Of a stretch of DNA of 64,000 nucleotides, positions 36,535-50,289 are shown one piece after another. The translations under genes and the position numbers were made by a program. A model generated the notes under the pieces. The model did no database searches. It saw nothing but the letters and a program-made list of their open reading frames with translations, and had not been told where the DNA came from. This DNA comes from Lama glama (lineage: Eukaryota), in NCBI GenBank assembly GCA_028534125.1, contig CM052819.1, positions 2,542,001 to 2,606,000 on the forward strand, written 5' to 3'. Each line of letters opens with the position of its first letter. Positions within the stretch are counted from its first letter, which is position 1.

Positions 36535-38309
36535 CACCAATTACACCCTTAGCAGCCATCCTCCGTACCTACCTTTTCAGTACCTGCGAAGGCTGCTGTA
36601 AAGCTGACAGAATGGAGACATGCACTGGGAAGTAATTAATTAGACGGGAAATTTTGGTTTAACCTGTCTTCTCTTACTGCTTAGGCCAGATTTAAAATAG
36701 CAATTAGAATATGTGGGCCATTTCTTCAAACATACGTATCTTGTGTTACTTCTACAGATTACAGCACCACCCACAAAACAGTAATCTCTCTTATTTTTCA
36801 GTACTGTAAACACTTAAGAAGTCATAAGTGAATCATTTAAAGTTTAGGTTTTCCTCACAATAGATTTTTTCCATCAGAGTATCAAAAGGCCACGTTTACC
36901 TTTTAACCCTAAAAAAAGAACAAAAATTGTAAAGATAATGATCTTCATATTGAACTCCAATTACAGTTATTAGTGAAGGGGGAGACAAAAACAGTTGTCA
37001 ATCAACAAACATCGATTTACTGGCTAAAGAGCACAGGGAACACTAAGATGTGTCCAGCAAAACGCACAAAAAGAGGGCAAATGGCACTGGAATTCAGCAT
37101 GCCACCATCAAAAACCCTGAATTAATTACACACATTTCTAGATAATTTTAAAGTCGGGTTGACCAGAGAATCACAAAACATCCAAGATGATCGATGTGCA
37201 AAAACTCATGTTACACAGAAGAAAACCAAAAATCTGAGAAAATGATGTGCCCCACCTAAATGACTGCCCGTGATTAGTTATGCAGTGGGTTTCCTTTACC
37301 GTAACCAGGGGTACATTCTGGAACTGGGCTTTTAAAGTTCCAGACCTCCCCTTGAGGAGGGATGTCGGTTTCAGCTATTGAGAACTTAGTGTGCAGGTGC
37401 CCCCCCAACCCCCAGCCATTTCAGCCCTGCTGACTGGTCCTAACGGGATCCAGCTCTCAGAGTGCGAATTCTCCCAAAGGCAGAAAAGAGGAAAGCACTA
37501 CAGGGTTCCCATCCTGTCGTACTGGCTCTCAAAACTCTCCGAAAAGATTCCACATCCTCTCAGGCAATAAAATTGAAACCTTCCAGTTTTGGGAAAGAAC
37601 CGCCTGCCAGGATAAACTCCATCTCTCAGATGAGACACCCTGCCCTCCACATCTCACGAGGTGAGTCCAAATTCCCACTCATCGCCTGTGCTGGGTCCCA
37701 GACAAACCCGGCAGACAGGAGGTCTCACCGGGCGGGGACGTTCAGCACCTTGGAACAAGGCAGATGGGAAAGTTCCACCCGGGCTGTAAACCCGTCAGCT
37801 ACCCCATGTGTTCACTGACAGCGCATAATTAGCACTCACATCATTTCCCGCCCGTAAAATACACAGACTTCTTGCACGCCACGAATGCCGCTTTGGAAAC
37901 TTCCCTGGTGAGAACAGCAAATCCCGTATTTGCAAACACGTCTGCCGGGAGAATGGAGTAGAACCGAGTGACATTATAACCCTCCCAAGTCACTTGCCGG
38001 GAGGGCTTCCTCCACAAGTTTCAACCACCCTGCACGCTGACAAAAGCTACTGCAAGGGACAGGAAAGAGAAAACACGTGAGTGCCCATCCCCTCGGTCTC
38101 CATGTCCTCACTTCCAAGAGCGTCTGTTCTTATACAGTCCTGACACGTTTGAAGCCCTGGAAATCCACAGCTCTCTCTCCTTCCATCAACATTCACTCAG
38201 CATCTACTGTAAGCACACTTCTTAGCATGAAAAAAAAGAGACAGGAAATAATAAATGCAATAATTAAATTAAAAAGAGTAAAATCTCTGAGGTGGGGAAG
38301 AGAGGTACA

Positions 38310-38620
38310 CTCACAGACACAGAAAACAAACTTATGGTTACGGGGCGGGGGAAGGGAGTGGGAAGGGATAAATTGGGAGTTGGAGATTTGCAGATACTAA
38401 CCACTACGTATAAAATAGATACACAATAAGGACCTCCTGTACAGCACAGGGAACTATATTCAATATCTTGTCATAACCTATAATGAAAAAGCATATGAAA
38501 ACAGATGCATGTTCATATATGACTGAAACATGATGCTTTACACCAGAAATTGACGCAACGCTGCAAACTGACTATACTTCAATTAAAAAAAATTTAAATA
38601 AAACCAAATTAAAAAAAAAA
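38310..38620 (+). mobile_element. L1 3' end, 5' truncated
   Basis: TSD AGAGGTACA (38301-38309 and 38620-38628); ends GACTATACTTCAATT plus A tail. Confidence 0.9.
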
Positions 38621-39279
38621 GAGGTACAGATACAAGTGAAACAGAAGAGAAAAGGCAATCACTAGGATGGGGAGGGGCAGGGGATAAGGGGCTCTTTTTT
38701 AAATGGGGGCAGGGTGGGCGGGCGCAAGGAGGTGAACTTGAGCTGAGATGTCAAGGGAGTGAAGGAGCTGGCCAAGAGGATATCCTGGGGTTGGGGGAGG
38801 GGAGGAAGCCCATAAAAGTGATCTTCCCCGCCAAGCGTTAGGCAATTTTCACAAACTACAACTTGACGACCAGACTCCTAGGAAGCCGAAGGGGAAATTC
38901 ACCGTCCATACATAACCCCACGCTGCGTCTCCTGCTGGATGGATCCTAGATATCCCTGGGTTTTACCCCCCAAATGTTATTTCTCAGAAAAGAGGGAGTT
39001 ACTTCATACATTTACAGACTTCTACCAGGTCTCTCAGGACACAAGGACTCTCTGTCACTGTAAGCGGAACAACAAATGTTTACTGGGGAAAGTGCACGCT
39101 CATCAAAGCTGGTCTGGGACGTTTACTGAAGTCATCTGATGGGCTTGATTTTTAAGAGGAAGGAAATACATTCAAAAAAATTTAAAATAATTGCCAGAGC
39201 AGGAAACAAAAACTCTGGGAGCTGTAGTAAGCATGCTTCTCAAAGATCACTTTACAGAGCAATGCAAGGAATTCTACGT

Positions 39280-39740
39280 GCAAAAGTAAATGAACAAAGT
39301 GAACTCCTGGGACATGGATGAACCTCACGGTGTATTAAGCAGGAGATGTCATTTACAAAAGACGACACTTACATGAAGCCCAAATCCAAGAGAAGCTAAT
39401 CTTTGGTGTTAGAAACTAGACTGAGGCTACCTTTGGGGGGGTGGGGGAGGAGTGATGGGAGTGGCCACAGGGAGGTCCCCGAGCTGTTCTGTTTCTGGAC
39501 CTGGGTGCTGGTTACTCAGGAGCGTTCACATTGTGCAAACTCACTGAGCTGTACACTTATGATTTATGTCCTCTACTGTATTCATGTTATTTGGGGTGGG
39601 GGCGGTAATTAGGTTTATTAATTTTTTTAATGGAGAGACTGGGGATTGAACCCAGGACCTTGGGCATGCTAGGTACATGCTCTACCACTGAGCTACACTC
39701 TCCCCTTATTCATGTTATTTTTAATAAAGAGACTTCTAAA
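39280..39740 (+). mobile_element. Old L1ME-type 3' fragment hosting a SINE
   Basis: ACATGGATGAACCTCAC; CTCACTGAGCTGTACACTTATGATTTATG. Confidence 0.7.
39593..39705 (-). mobile_element. Vic-1-like SINE, long-tail form
   Basis: Perfect 14-bp TSD TATTCATGTTATTT (39579-39592 and 39707-39720). Confidence 0.92.
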
Positions 39741-40343
39741 AAGAGCAACACAGAGAAAGTGGTTGCCTTATAGAGATTTCTTATTCATATGTGAGATGGA
39801 TAAGAAAAAAGTTCTCCTAATGTTAAATGAATGGGCGCTTAGGACCTGGGGTAGAGCTTCCAGTGATAGCACCATTCATGAATATAAGACGTGCTGAATT
39901 CCACACAATGTGGATGAAAGTAAACACCACGAGCTTGAAATCTGTGTCAGATGCTCCCCAAAGACCCTCTGGTGATGACAGAGACACCAACGGCAAAGAT
40001 GCATAAAAGCGTAGGAAAAAAAATTGTTTCCTGACATGTAAACACGGGGGGGGGGAGCACTGTTTCCAAATTTACGTATTTTTATAGAATTTAAAATATG
40101 CATGAAGAACTAAATCAATAATTAATATTGTAAAAGGAAATTTAATTATTTCAAATACATTCCTAAAGGTTATAGAGTAAAGTTGGCCCCAATCTATTTT
40201 GTGGATCTTTTCATGGGGAAAAGTTTTCTTTGGTTTTCTAATATATGCTCCTTCTCTTTGTGGCTGACAAGACTTGTAATCACAAACATTTTGTGTCGAC
40301 TCAGAAAACACAGGGAACTGTTAAGTAAGTGAGTCCTACAGAA

Positions 40344-40978
40344 CTATGTTGTCCAAGATAGTAGCCAACAGCCACATGTGGCTTTGCACACGTGCAACTG
40401 CACAAAGTGGCTGGCGTAACTGAAGGGCTGAATTCTTAATTTTATCGCATTATAATTAATTTAAATTCAATTTAAAGACTGAAGCTGCAGAAAATATTTT
40501 TCTGTTAAACACAACTCAATTTTTTTAAAGATATTTTCCTTTTGTTTTATTTGTTTGTTTGTTTGTTTTGGGGGGAGGTGATTAGGTTTACTTAGTTACT
40601 TACTTATTTTAACGGAGGGACTGGGGCTCGAACCCAAGACCTCATGCATGCTGAGCATGCGCCCTACTGCTGAGCTCTACCCTCCCCACTCACAACTCGA
40701 TTTTGTAGGACATTTCACTGTACTGAAAATTTAGCATCAAACTCAAGATGTGATACAGGTGTAAATTACACACCACATTTCAAAGACTTAGTTTGTTTAA
40801 AAATAAAAGAACAAAATAATCTCATCACACGCTAAACACAGAGCATTTTGGATATACTGAGTTCAACAGAATATATTATTAAAATTAATTTCGTCTTTGT
40901 TTTTACTTTTTTAACAGGGCTACTAGAAAATTTTACATGACACAGGTGGCTCAAATGGTATTTTATTGGACAGCACAG
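40344..40978 (+). mobile_element. Charlie1b/MER33-type hAT element hosting a SINE
   Basis: Ends TGTTGTCCAA...TTGGACAGCACAG; internal MER3-like and MER33-like blocks. Confidence 0.8.
40524..40687 (-). mobile_element. Vic-1-like SINE, long-tail form
   Basis: TSD CACAACTCAATTTT/CACAACTCGATTTT. Confidence 0.9.
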
Positions 40979-43586
40979 TTAAGGAATAAAATGTCACTTT
41001 TGATTAGTGACAGTAGGGGAGAGATAAAAAAAATGGAAAAACCAATATATTTGAAGATCTGATTAACAACTGTGGTAGAAGTCATCCAGGGCTGGAGCTG
41101 GGTGAAGAAAGTCAAAAGGGGAAAAAAAATCCAAGAAGCCTGTATTTCTGTTAAGAGATGGAGATCAGATAAGCTGGGGCGGATCCAGACAGCAGAGCAC
41201 TCTCTACGATTCCACAGCTGTCAACAAACCCAAGGACCCAGTTTTTGCTGACGATGTGTTAGCAGACTGCTATGTCTGTTATTAAAGAAGCAAAGAGAAT
41301 GACAGAGGTGCCAAGCACATGTCTCTCTGGGGCAAGAATCTGGGCAGAAAGACTTGTTTCAGCGGAACCAAGGAAATACAATCAAGAACTCAACTGCTGC
41401 GGGCTTATGGCAGTTCTGTGCAGCTGGAGACAGTGAGTATCAGGAACTCAGTATAAAAAGAGAGGAGGCTGCTCCCACCACCTTCTGACTATCTGTGATT
41501 GTCCAGCATCCGTAAGTGGTCCATGAGTTCCTTGCTGATTTGGTGCCTTTTCCCCAGTATGCTTCGTGATATAATATAATAGGTATTTGAGGAGGAGGGG
41601 GAGGAGCAAGGGGAAAGTTATTAAGTCAGCAGGTTTCTAGCTGCAGACCTTGTCAGTGCCTTGACTCCTCCAAGGATCATCATGACCCTCAAGGGGGCTT
41701 ATACCACGCATGTTTTCCAAACACTCTGGACTGCAGAACCTCTTTTTCTGAGGAACATCACAGGAAGTGATGGCTCAGAAGGCCCTCTTGGCTTCACCTC
41801 GGCCTTAAAGGAAGACGACTGTCTGCTGTAAGCACAGTTTGGAGGCAGAAGGTGGTGGTTATCTCAGCACGTCCATTGCAGACCCCCACTAGGGCCTACT
41901 TGAGTAGCTATGGGAACAAAGTACATCTCAGATGTCTCATGGCCACAGCAGTGTCCTGGAGAAGCAGACATCTGTCCCTCACCTACAGGAGCTCCTGAGC
42001 TGACCTCGCGCCCATCCAAACACCTGGCCTCAAGTGAAGTTACATGAGCCCTGGAACCTCCAACCTCCCACCAAGTGGGGATGGGGGAGAGATTAGCCTT
42101 TCCAAGATGCCCAAAGCAACCCAGGAGGGCAGGAAGGTATCCTGAGACAGTGTTACGCCCAGGCCTAATTTCTGTCTGGAACAAAGCGTTCTTGGGCAGG
42201 CACCTGCCACCTTCCTCCGGTATACGTTCGGGGTCCTCTCCAGTCTTCTGTCTGCTCCACCAGGCCCTAGAATAGTTTCTGACTCCTTGGATTTGGGGCG
42301 ATTTCTCTGTAGAGACTACAGAGGAATGCAGGCCTGGCGGCCACAGGCTGCCCCCAGAGGCCACAACAGGCTGCCCTGTTTTGTGCACATCTAAATGCCA
42401 TTTTAAGAAATTCCAAGTTGATTTTTAACTCCTGATGTCTTCATTGTTGCCGCGGTGTTTCCATCATCCTTGATAAAAGCATCACGCCTTCATGGACTGG
42501 GGGCAAAACCAAACGAATAAACCAGCCAACACCGATTCTTCAGCAGAGATAACCTCAGAAACGCTGGCCTAGATCTTGAAGATTTTAAACTGATCTGGCT
42601 GCTTACACTGAGAAACCAAGAGCCTTCCCAATAAGAAAATGAAAAACACGATCAACTTCTCTCAAACGAAGCAAACCAGCCAGCCAACCAAACAGAAAAT
42701 CCTGAGACGCTGGGTCTGTATTTCCCACTGGGCAGCGATGAGTCGAGGCTGAGCGGTCACTGCCCGCTGGAGACGGGCATGTGCCCCCAAGACGAGCCCC
42801 GGAACCACGTCCTCACCACCTCACCTGCACCTCAGACAACCACGTCTCCACTCCTAGCCGCCTCCTGAGTTCCAGCCCAGCCACACCTGCCTTCTGGAAT
42901 GTTCCCTCGAGTGTCCCACCGGCCCCTCAGTCCCCACAGGCCCATGACCAACCCCATTACCTCTTGCCCCCAAACGTCTCTTCAGACTGTGTGCCCCTCC
43001 TCCTCACAAATGACCCCACACGCCACTCCAGTCCCCAGGCTGTCACGTGGGAAGGACACCAGTGAGCAGGACACTCCGCCTCTTCTCTGCCCAGTCCCAC
43101 CCCCAGCCCCCTTCTGTCCACACCGAGGGCACCTTCATTCCTAGAACAACACCCCATTTGGCCTTAGCTCCTCCCCGACCCCTACCAGACTAGCCTCTTA
43201 AAAATGCCACGATTCTGTTGGTTTGAGAGTAGGCTGGGGGGTGCAGCGAGGAAGAGGATGCCTTTTTAACGTCATTCTCCTTGCCCCCGCAATCGGCATC
43301 TTACACGAATTAAGGTCAGACTCTGCACCGCGTGTGTAGAAACGAAGCCCCGAGTACTCAGCCATCAGCCAGAGAGTCAGTGCTGCATCTCATCTATACC
43401 ACAGGTGGCGTGTCATAATCCTGGAGATTTGGGATATTCTGCTTCATTACAAGGAGACTTTGAGATTTAAAATATCCATCGGGTTCCTTTCCTTAGGACA
43501 AGACGTGAACAGCATCATTTAGTTTTCTGAAGGGCAATGCATGGAGTTAAATCCAGCACTGAGTTTCTGACCCTGAGTTGTCCCCC

Positions 43587-44061
43587 TGAGACAGGAGGGA
43601 AGAGGACAGGGCATAACCATTGAAAGAATGACACAGCCATTGAGGACAGGACACAAACTGGTTAGAACCAACCAGGCCCAAGATGGCAGAAGATTCAACT
43701 TCCAGGGGACCTTGAGCCTCATTATAGACTCGTTGTACTGTATTAACTGCTAAATGACACACCCACAGGTGCCAGGACAGTTCCCAGGCTGACTGCAAAA
43801 AGCCAAAAGTGGGCAGGGGTCCAATTCCTGGGAATCCCCGCCCATTGCCAACGTAATTGGAAAAATCCTCCCATGTGCTAGCACATGAAATTACCCAGCC
43901 CAGAAAAACTAACCACCGCCACGCCTCATGGCCACTCTCTCTTCTGAGATGGGCCACATCTGCCTGTGGAATGTGTGTCTCTCTAAACAAACCTGCTTTC
44001 ACTTTCCCGTGGCTTGCACTTGGATGCTTTCCTGCACGAGACAAGAACCTGTTCTCTGGCA
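43587..44061 (+). mobile_element. ERV1 (MER41-like) solo LTR, 475 bp
   Basis: TG...CA termini with 4-bp TSD CCCC; colinear similarity to the LTR at 4045-4674. Confidence 0.82.
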
Positions 44062-44431
44062 CCCCCCCCACCCTGCAGGGCAGGGGTCGGCCTTGCCTCC
44101 CCTCAGAGTCCTCATCTTAAAGGCTCCGTGGTCCGGTGTAAAACGAACCTAGTTCTCAGTAGATCATGCAGGCCTACCAGAAAGGAGTGAATGTGAGACA
44201 GACAGCACAGAGCAGGGGGCCTGAGGGCGAGGCCCTGAAGTCTCCTGGGACAGCGGCCAGGAGTGTGGCTTTCTCCCCTGGGCAGCCAGGCCCGGAGCCC
44301 CAGCCTCCAGAGGGGAGGCCTTTCAGTTGCTCCAAAATCTGTTCCCATGTACCAGATGCAGTGACCCTCCCATCCAATCCCACCTTCTGGCTCAGGCGGC
44401 ACCCCCTTCATCCCTGAGGGCTCTGCAGAAG

Positions 44432-44619
44432 AGGCAGCAGGGCCCCATGGTCCAGAATGTGGCCTCCAGGTCCAACAGGCTGTGTTCCAATTCCAGGACC
44501 CCCCTTCCCAGTGTAATGCTGGGCAAACTGCATAGTTCTCTGTGCCTCAGTTTCTCCCCCTGTAAAATGGGGGTAAGTGTTCAGAAGGGGAGATGAGGCT
44601 TAAGAGTAGAGTGCTTGTA
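44432..44619 (+). mobile_element. MIR, interrupted by an L1 (resumes at about 45176-45225)
   Basis: TCTCTGTGCCTCAGTTTCTCCCCCTGTAAAATGGGG core. Confidence 0.75.
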
Positions 44620-45175
44620 CATGGAAAAAACCTAAATGTCCATCAACAGATGACTGGATAAAGATGTATATACATACAATGGAATACTACTCAGCCATAG
44701 AAAAGAATGAAATAATGTCACTTGCAGTAATGCGGAAAAACCTAGAGATGATCACACTAAGCGAAGTTAAAACATAGAAAGACAAGTATCTTATGGTATC
44801 ACTTACACATGGAATCTAAAAAATGACACAAATGAACTTATTTACAGAACAGAAAGAGACTCACAGACATAGACAACAAACTGTCATTACCAAAGGGGAA
44901 AGGGGTTGAGGAGGAGGGATAAATTAGGAGTTTGGGATTTGTGGATACATATTACTATGTATAAAACAGATAAACAACAAAGACCTAATGTATAGCACAG
45001 GGAATTATATTCAATATCTTATAATGGCCTAAAATGGAAAAGAATATGAAAAAAATATATATATATGTATGTAAGTATAACTGAATTACTGTACTGTACA
45101 CCAGAAACTAACACAATATTGTGAATCAACTCTACTTCAAAAGGAAATTTATAAATAAAAAGAAATTAAAAAGAA
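44620..45175 (+). mobile_element. L1 3' end, 5' truncated
   Basis: ORF2 C-terminus and 3' UTR; degenerate TSD AAGAGTAGAGTGCTTGTA/AAGAGCATAGTTCTTGTA. Confidence 0.9.
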
Positions 45176-47557
45176 AGAGCATAGTTCTTGTAAAGCCCTT
45201 TAGCACAGGGTCTACTTGACATGTAGGGGGATTCCCTCTGTGGAGTAAAATCACATTTAAAATTCAATGCATAAATGCATAAATATGAGCCAGCAGCACG
45301 TAATACAGAGAGAGAGAGACCAACTAATTTTTTTTTTCCTTTTCTGTATTCCTGCCCCCGGGGCCTGAGGCCCAGGCCATTTCCTGCATCTTTAGAGTAA
45401 ACCCCCTGACTCACCTGAGCTGCCCTGAGTAGGACTCCCTTTCCCGCAACCAAGAGCCCCGTCCAGAACAGCTTCCGCTCCCTCCATGCAGCTCACACTC
45501 CAGCCAATCTGGACATGGCTCCTTCTCAGCCTTGAGCCTTCCTTCCACACTCCCATCCACACCAGGAACCGCACTGTCCACCCGGCCCGCCGCCCTGACA
45601 AGTGCCCATCAGTCACTGTTCCGGGCCCTCATTCTATACCACCTGTCTCCAGGGGAGGCCCCAGAACCTTCCTGCCCCTCCCCAGTCCCAGGCCGCCCAC
45701 TGGAGGCCCCTCCCCTTGGAAGGACGGGCCAGGCCCCATCACTCAACAATCCTGGCCCCTGGCAAAGTCTCCGTCCTCTCTGAGCTGCTTCCCGGGGTCT
45801 AGAAGGGTGACAACATTGCCAGTGTGGCCTCTTAAATGGAAACACATGAAGCACAAACCAGACGGCGTGTGCAATGGCTCTGCAAACTTTAAAGTGCTTT
45901 CCAAACATGCAGACGCTTTCCCAAGGAGCTCCGAAAAACGTAAAGTCATTTGAAGACGAACATGCAGGCTCCTTATTAGACAGAGATCACCCTGTCTTCT
46001 TAGCCATCCTCTGGGAACTCTGGGGAACAGGAATTTCCAAGGGGGTCCCACAAATCCCCCAGCCACGCAAGACAGGCCCTGGGAGTACCTGGCGGGCCGC
46101 CCCAGTCTTTGTCCCAGAGAAACAGAGGCAGCACCGAAGCTCTTCTGCAGCCTTGCAACTCCATCTCTCGAGCATTTGGTTTGGAAAACCTTCTCTCCAA
46201 GTCTGCCCATAAATTTGCATTTCAAATATTCCATAGTCCATAATAAATAATTTACATAAAGGGCTGGTTGGATGGAGCACAGCAGGCTACAAAAGGAAGA
46301 AACACAGAGCAGCAGCCCAGATTTAACTTGCTCAGCCCAAGTGCTCAGAGAATCCTGAGGCCACACAGAAAGGAAGAGTCAGCTTCACTCGGCTCCCTCC
46401 ACCCTCTGTGCGAAATCGTGCTGGGGAGGGGCTGGCGAACTGCAGCATCTTCAGCTAATTTCACATGACACAGATGCAAATGACTTTGTGTTTCCTAATC
46501 GTGGGAAACAATCACATCTCCTTTCCCTGCTTCTGTCCATGTCCTCCATCCAAAGGTTCCGCAAATTTGAAACATTTAATGGCAACATAATACTGGGCTA
46601 TTGTTCTTAAGGGAAAAAAAAATCTGATCACTTTGAGTTTAATTCTACGGTGCGAAGAAGACTGTGAGCTTAGCCTGCGTGAAGGCACAATGACAAAATG
46701 AGTTAATTACCAGCTCATCGCAAGACGGATCTACTTGTCAGGGGAACAGGAGGCGTTCTCTCACACAAAATGATGACCCAGATAAAAAGTCATGGCTGGA
46801 GGCAGCAGCCGCCGGTGACACAGTTTCATCTGGGCCTAAGTGACTGGCAATTAACAAGTGTCACCACCACACATATATACGTAGCCCCAGCTATTCATTA
46901 AATATTTACTGAAAATACACAACTAATTTCTACTGTCTTTCTTCCCAAGGAGCTCCTGTGGTTTTCTACCCAGGCGATGACAGTAAAATTTACACGCATG
47001 TAAAAGTCTACCCCCAGCTAGAATAGCTGTTGACCCTGGATGGGTCGCCAGTCCCCAAAGCTCTGTGCACCAGAGGCGATGTTTTCTCCAGACATCACAT
47101 CTGACAACGGAAAAGAGTTGCAGACGGAAGGGGTCCCAGTCCTATCGGTTGGTCCCTCGTCTCCTGGTTGGCGTGGCCACTGGCTTAGAACTGAAGCCCC
47201 ACCAGCATTAAAGCCAGAACTCTGGCTCCTCCCAGGTCCAGCCCTCGGCCACAGACTGACAGGACAGGGACAAACGGGGAGGCCACCTCCACACACCTAG
47301 GTTCTCCAGGGTGGGGAGCTCCCTCCCGCTCTGCTGCCAGTGACCGTGACCTGTGTCTCTATGGAGAGAAGCCCAGGTGAGAGGCCCCGGGACACGCGCC
47401 CGGAGGCAGACCCTGGGTCAGACGTCAGTGCTGCCCTGGTGTGCACGCCATCTCGTCTGCCTTCTTTTTATCTGAAAACCACGGGCACAGGCCAGGCTGG
47501 CACCCTGGGCCTTAAAGTGGTAATTTTCAGAATGTTCAAAACAGAATTCTTATACAG

Positions 47558-47690
47558 CGGAGAAGGTGTAGCTCAGTGGTGGAGTGCGTGCTTAGCATGC
47601 ACGAGGTCCTGGCTTCAGTCCCGTATCTCCCTTAAATAAATAAATAAATAAGCCGAATTACCTCCCCCCAAAAAAGTTAAAGAAAAAAAA
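47558..47690 (+). mobile_element. Vic-1-like SINE, long-tail form
   Basis: TSD CAGAATTCTTATA/CAGAATTCTGATA. Confidence 0.9.
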
Positions 47691-47778
47691 CCAGAATTCT
47701 GATAAAAACATAGAATGAGCAAGTGTCAATGACTAATTTAACTAATTATTGAACAAACCATGAGATACTGATGTGCAT

Positions 47779-47787
47779 ACACACACA

Positions 47788-47823
<36 letters not shown>
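47779..47823. repeat. (AC)n microsatellite with one interruption
   Basis: Directly visible. Confidence 0.95.
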
Positions 47824-47827
<4 letters not shown>

Positions 47828-48742
47828 CAGTGTGTGTGGGAGAACAGTGGAATAAAAGTAAAAGTTAATACAACACTGGCCACTGTCCTTCAGAGTACAC
47901 AAACCATAACTCTGAGGTTACGTCCGCTGTGGGATGGACGCCCACCTGCACCTTTAGGCACTGGAGGCACGCAGCAGCTGAGTGTCCACTTAACAGGCTG
48001 CTTACAACCTGATCTGGGCACAGGGCCACGGGTCAGTCTCACAATGATCTGGTTTGGTTAAGACAAAAACATCAAATCCCATTTTTTTTAAGCGCCTGTC
48101 TGCTGTATGGCCAGAGCCTCATGCCCTCAACTTGCCAACTCACCCCTCAACTATTCCAAGCCTCTGAATCTTCATGACAAAACCATTTCTAAAACAAATT
48201 TTCCCCAGTGCTCAGATCATGGGGGTAAACCCCATCTCTAGAAAGTCCCTACCCAAGTTCATGGGAACATTTTATTGGCAGCAAGCCAAAGAAGATGGCC
48301 CTATTTCTACCAACATCTCCTCGAGTTACAGAAACACCTGTCTCCTTTATACACACGTATGAACAGAAACTGCTCCCCCACCTTTACTTAAGTAACGATC
48401 TGAATTCTACCGGAGAAGAAAGTCTCCCTCGTCCTAGGAAAACCACGCAAAATTTTCACCAAAGAGGCCATCTGATCCTGGTCGACAGGTCTGGACCCCC
48501 ACCAGACCTGAGTGGTTATTCCCGGGGCGTGGAGAGTCTGAACACTCCACAGATGCTGAGGGGAGAGAAGCAGGGGGTGAATCTCCCCCCACCCCCCCCC
48601 AAAAATAAATCACTGGCTGTTTCAAGGGGCCACCCAATGCTTCCACTCTTCTGCAAAGCTTCTCTCCACGTTTCACAGCTGAGTCCTGGCCTTTTCTCCC
48701 ACCTCTCACATTGCCTTTCTTGCCAAAGCTGCTCTGATCTTC

Positions 48743-49023
48743 TTTTCATTTTGTTTTGTTGACATACAGTCGATCTACAATGCTGTGTTACTTCCTGGTG
48801 CACAGTGTAGTGATTCGGTTGTACATATATGTATATATGTATTTTTTCTCCAGTTCTTTTCCATTATAGGTTACTATAAGCTATTGAATAGAGTTCCCTG
48901 TGCTGTACAGTAGGACCTTGTTGTTTACCTATTTTATAGATAGTAGTGTGTATCTGCAAATCTCAAACTCTCAATTTATCGCCTCGGTAACCGTAAGTGT
49001 GTGCTCCATGTCTGTGAGTCTCT
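48743..49023 (-). mobile_element. L1 3' end
   Basis: AGTTCCCTGTGCTGTACAGTAGGACCTTGTTGTTTA. Confidence 0.88.
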
Positions 49024-50038
49024 GCGATCTGTTGAGCCCCCCACACCCTCCTGCTCAGGCCCTCGGACCAGCTGCTCCGTTTGCTGGGAGGGGCTCCCGT
49101 TCGCCCTCTGCAGCCCCCTGAGGCCTTATCCCGCTGGCTCAGCCCAGCCACCTCCTTGATGCCCAGCCACGCCACGTCTGTGGGCAGCTTCCCTCCCACT
49201 CCTGCTTGCCACACTCGTCCAGGAGGAGAGACTCCTGGTTTTGAGGACACAAGGGTGGGGACCCCGGCTGTCTTATTCTCTGTCCCCTGGCACAGAGTAC
49301 TATTCCAGACCGACAATGACAGCCGACAGTATATTAACTGATGGACTGGTTCTCTAACAAGCCATGATCACCTCTCTAGGCTGGGGGATTGCCAGCTACC
49401 TTGGCAGACTGGGTAGGGGACGGGATGACCAGGGAGGCATTAAGCGATGTACGCAGCCCCAGTTTGGGCAAGCGCATTCCTTCTGCGGTTAAGTGTCAGC
49501 GTATTGAAATGGAGTGCACCCTGCACTTAGCAGGAACCCTCATAGGGCACAAAGAACACTTCAAAACCAGACATATTTCTGGGCAGAAAATGAATCCCCT
49601 TCAAATAGGCAATCTTCCCTGGTAAGATCGCAGGCCAGTGGTCATAGGACCATGGCCATGCTCCCACGCCAGGAAAGGAAGGGGGCTCAGGGCAGTGAAG
49701 ACCCACAGGGTTAGCAGGAGATGGGATGTGGGAGTTCACACAATCTCAAGGATTTGAGGCGGGGTCCCGGCAGCGGGCCCACAGGCCTGTCAGCTGTTAA
49801 CGCCACTCTGGCCCCGAAAAACAGAGGCCACCATCCTGGGAGGAAGAGGGAACCACCTTGTTCCAGGGTCAAGGCCAGCCTGAGTGGCAGGGGACTGCCC
49901 CCTGTGGGGTCACCCAAAGTCCCAGGTCTGAGCAGGCCTGCGGGGTGCAGCCCACCTGCCCTCAGCCAGCCCCGGGCCCGTTCACTCAGGCAGGGGCTCT
50001 GCCAACCCGGTCAGTTGTATCCTGACTGCAACACTCAC

Positions 50039-50147
50039 CTTCTTGACGAACTCTGGGATGATTTTTTGGTCTGTCAGGTGGGCTAGGGAAGAACAGCAAT
50101 CTAATTCCAAGATGTAGCCTTCACCATGAAGGTCAGCCTTCTGAGAT
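50039..50147 (-). CDS. RFTN1: Raftlin coding exon (~exon 4), 109 bp, phase 2 to 0
   Basis: Encodes (R)SQKADLHGEGYILELDCCSSLAHLTDQKIIPEFVKK; acceptor tctcttttcag|A, donor AAG|gtgagt. Confidence 0.96.
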
Positions 50148-50289
50148 CTGAAAAGAGACACACACACAAACTAAGATTCTGCACAATATACATATATATA
50201 AAAAAAGAATCACTGGATGTTTCATGAAATCCCAAATTCTTTCCTGAAACTAACTGCCAGAAAGGCACTCCTGAAAAACTAACCTAGGG

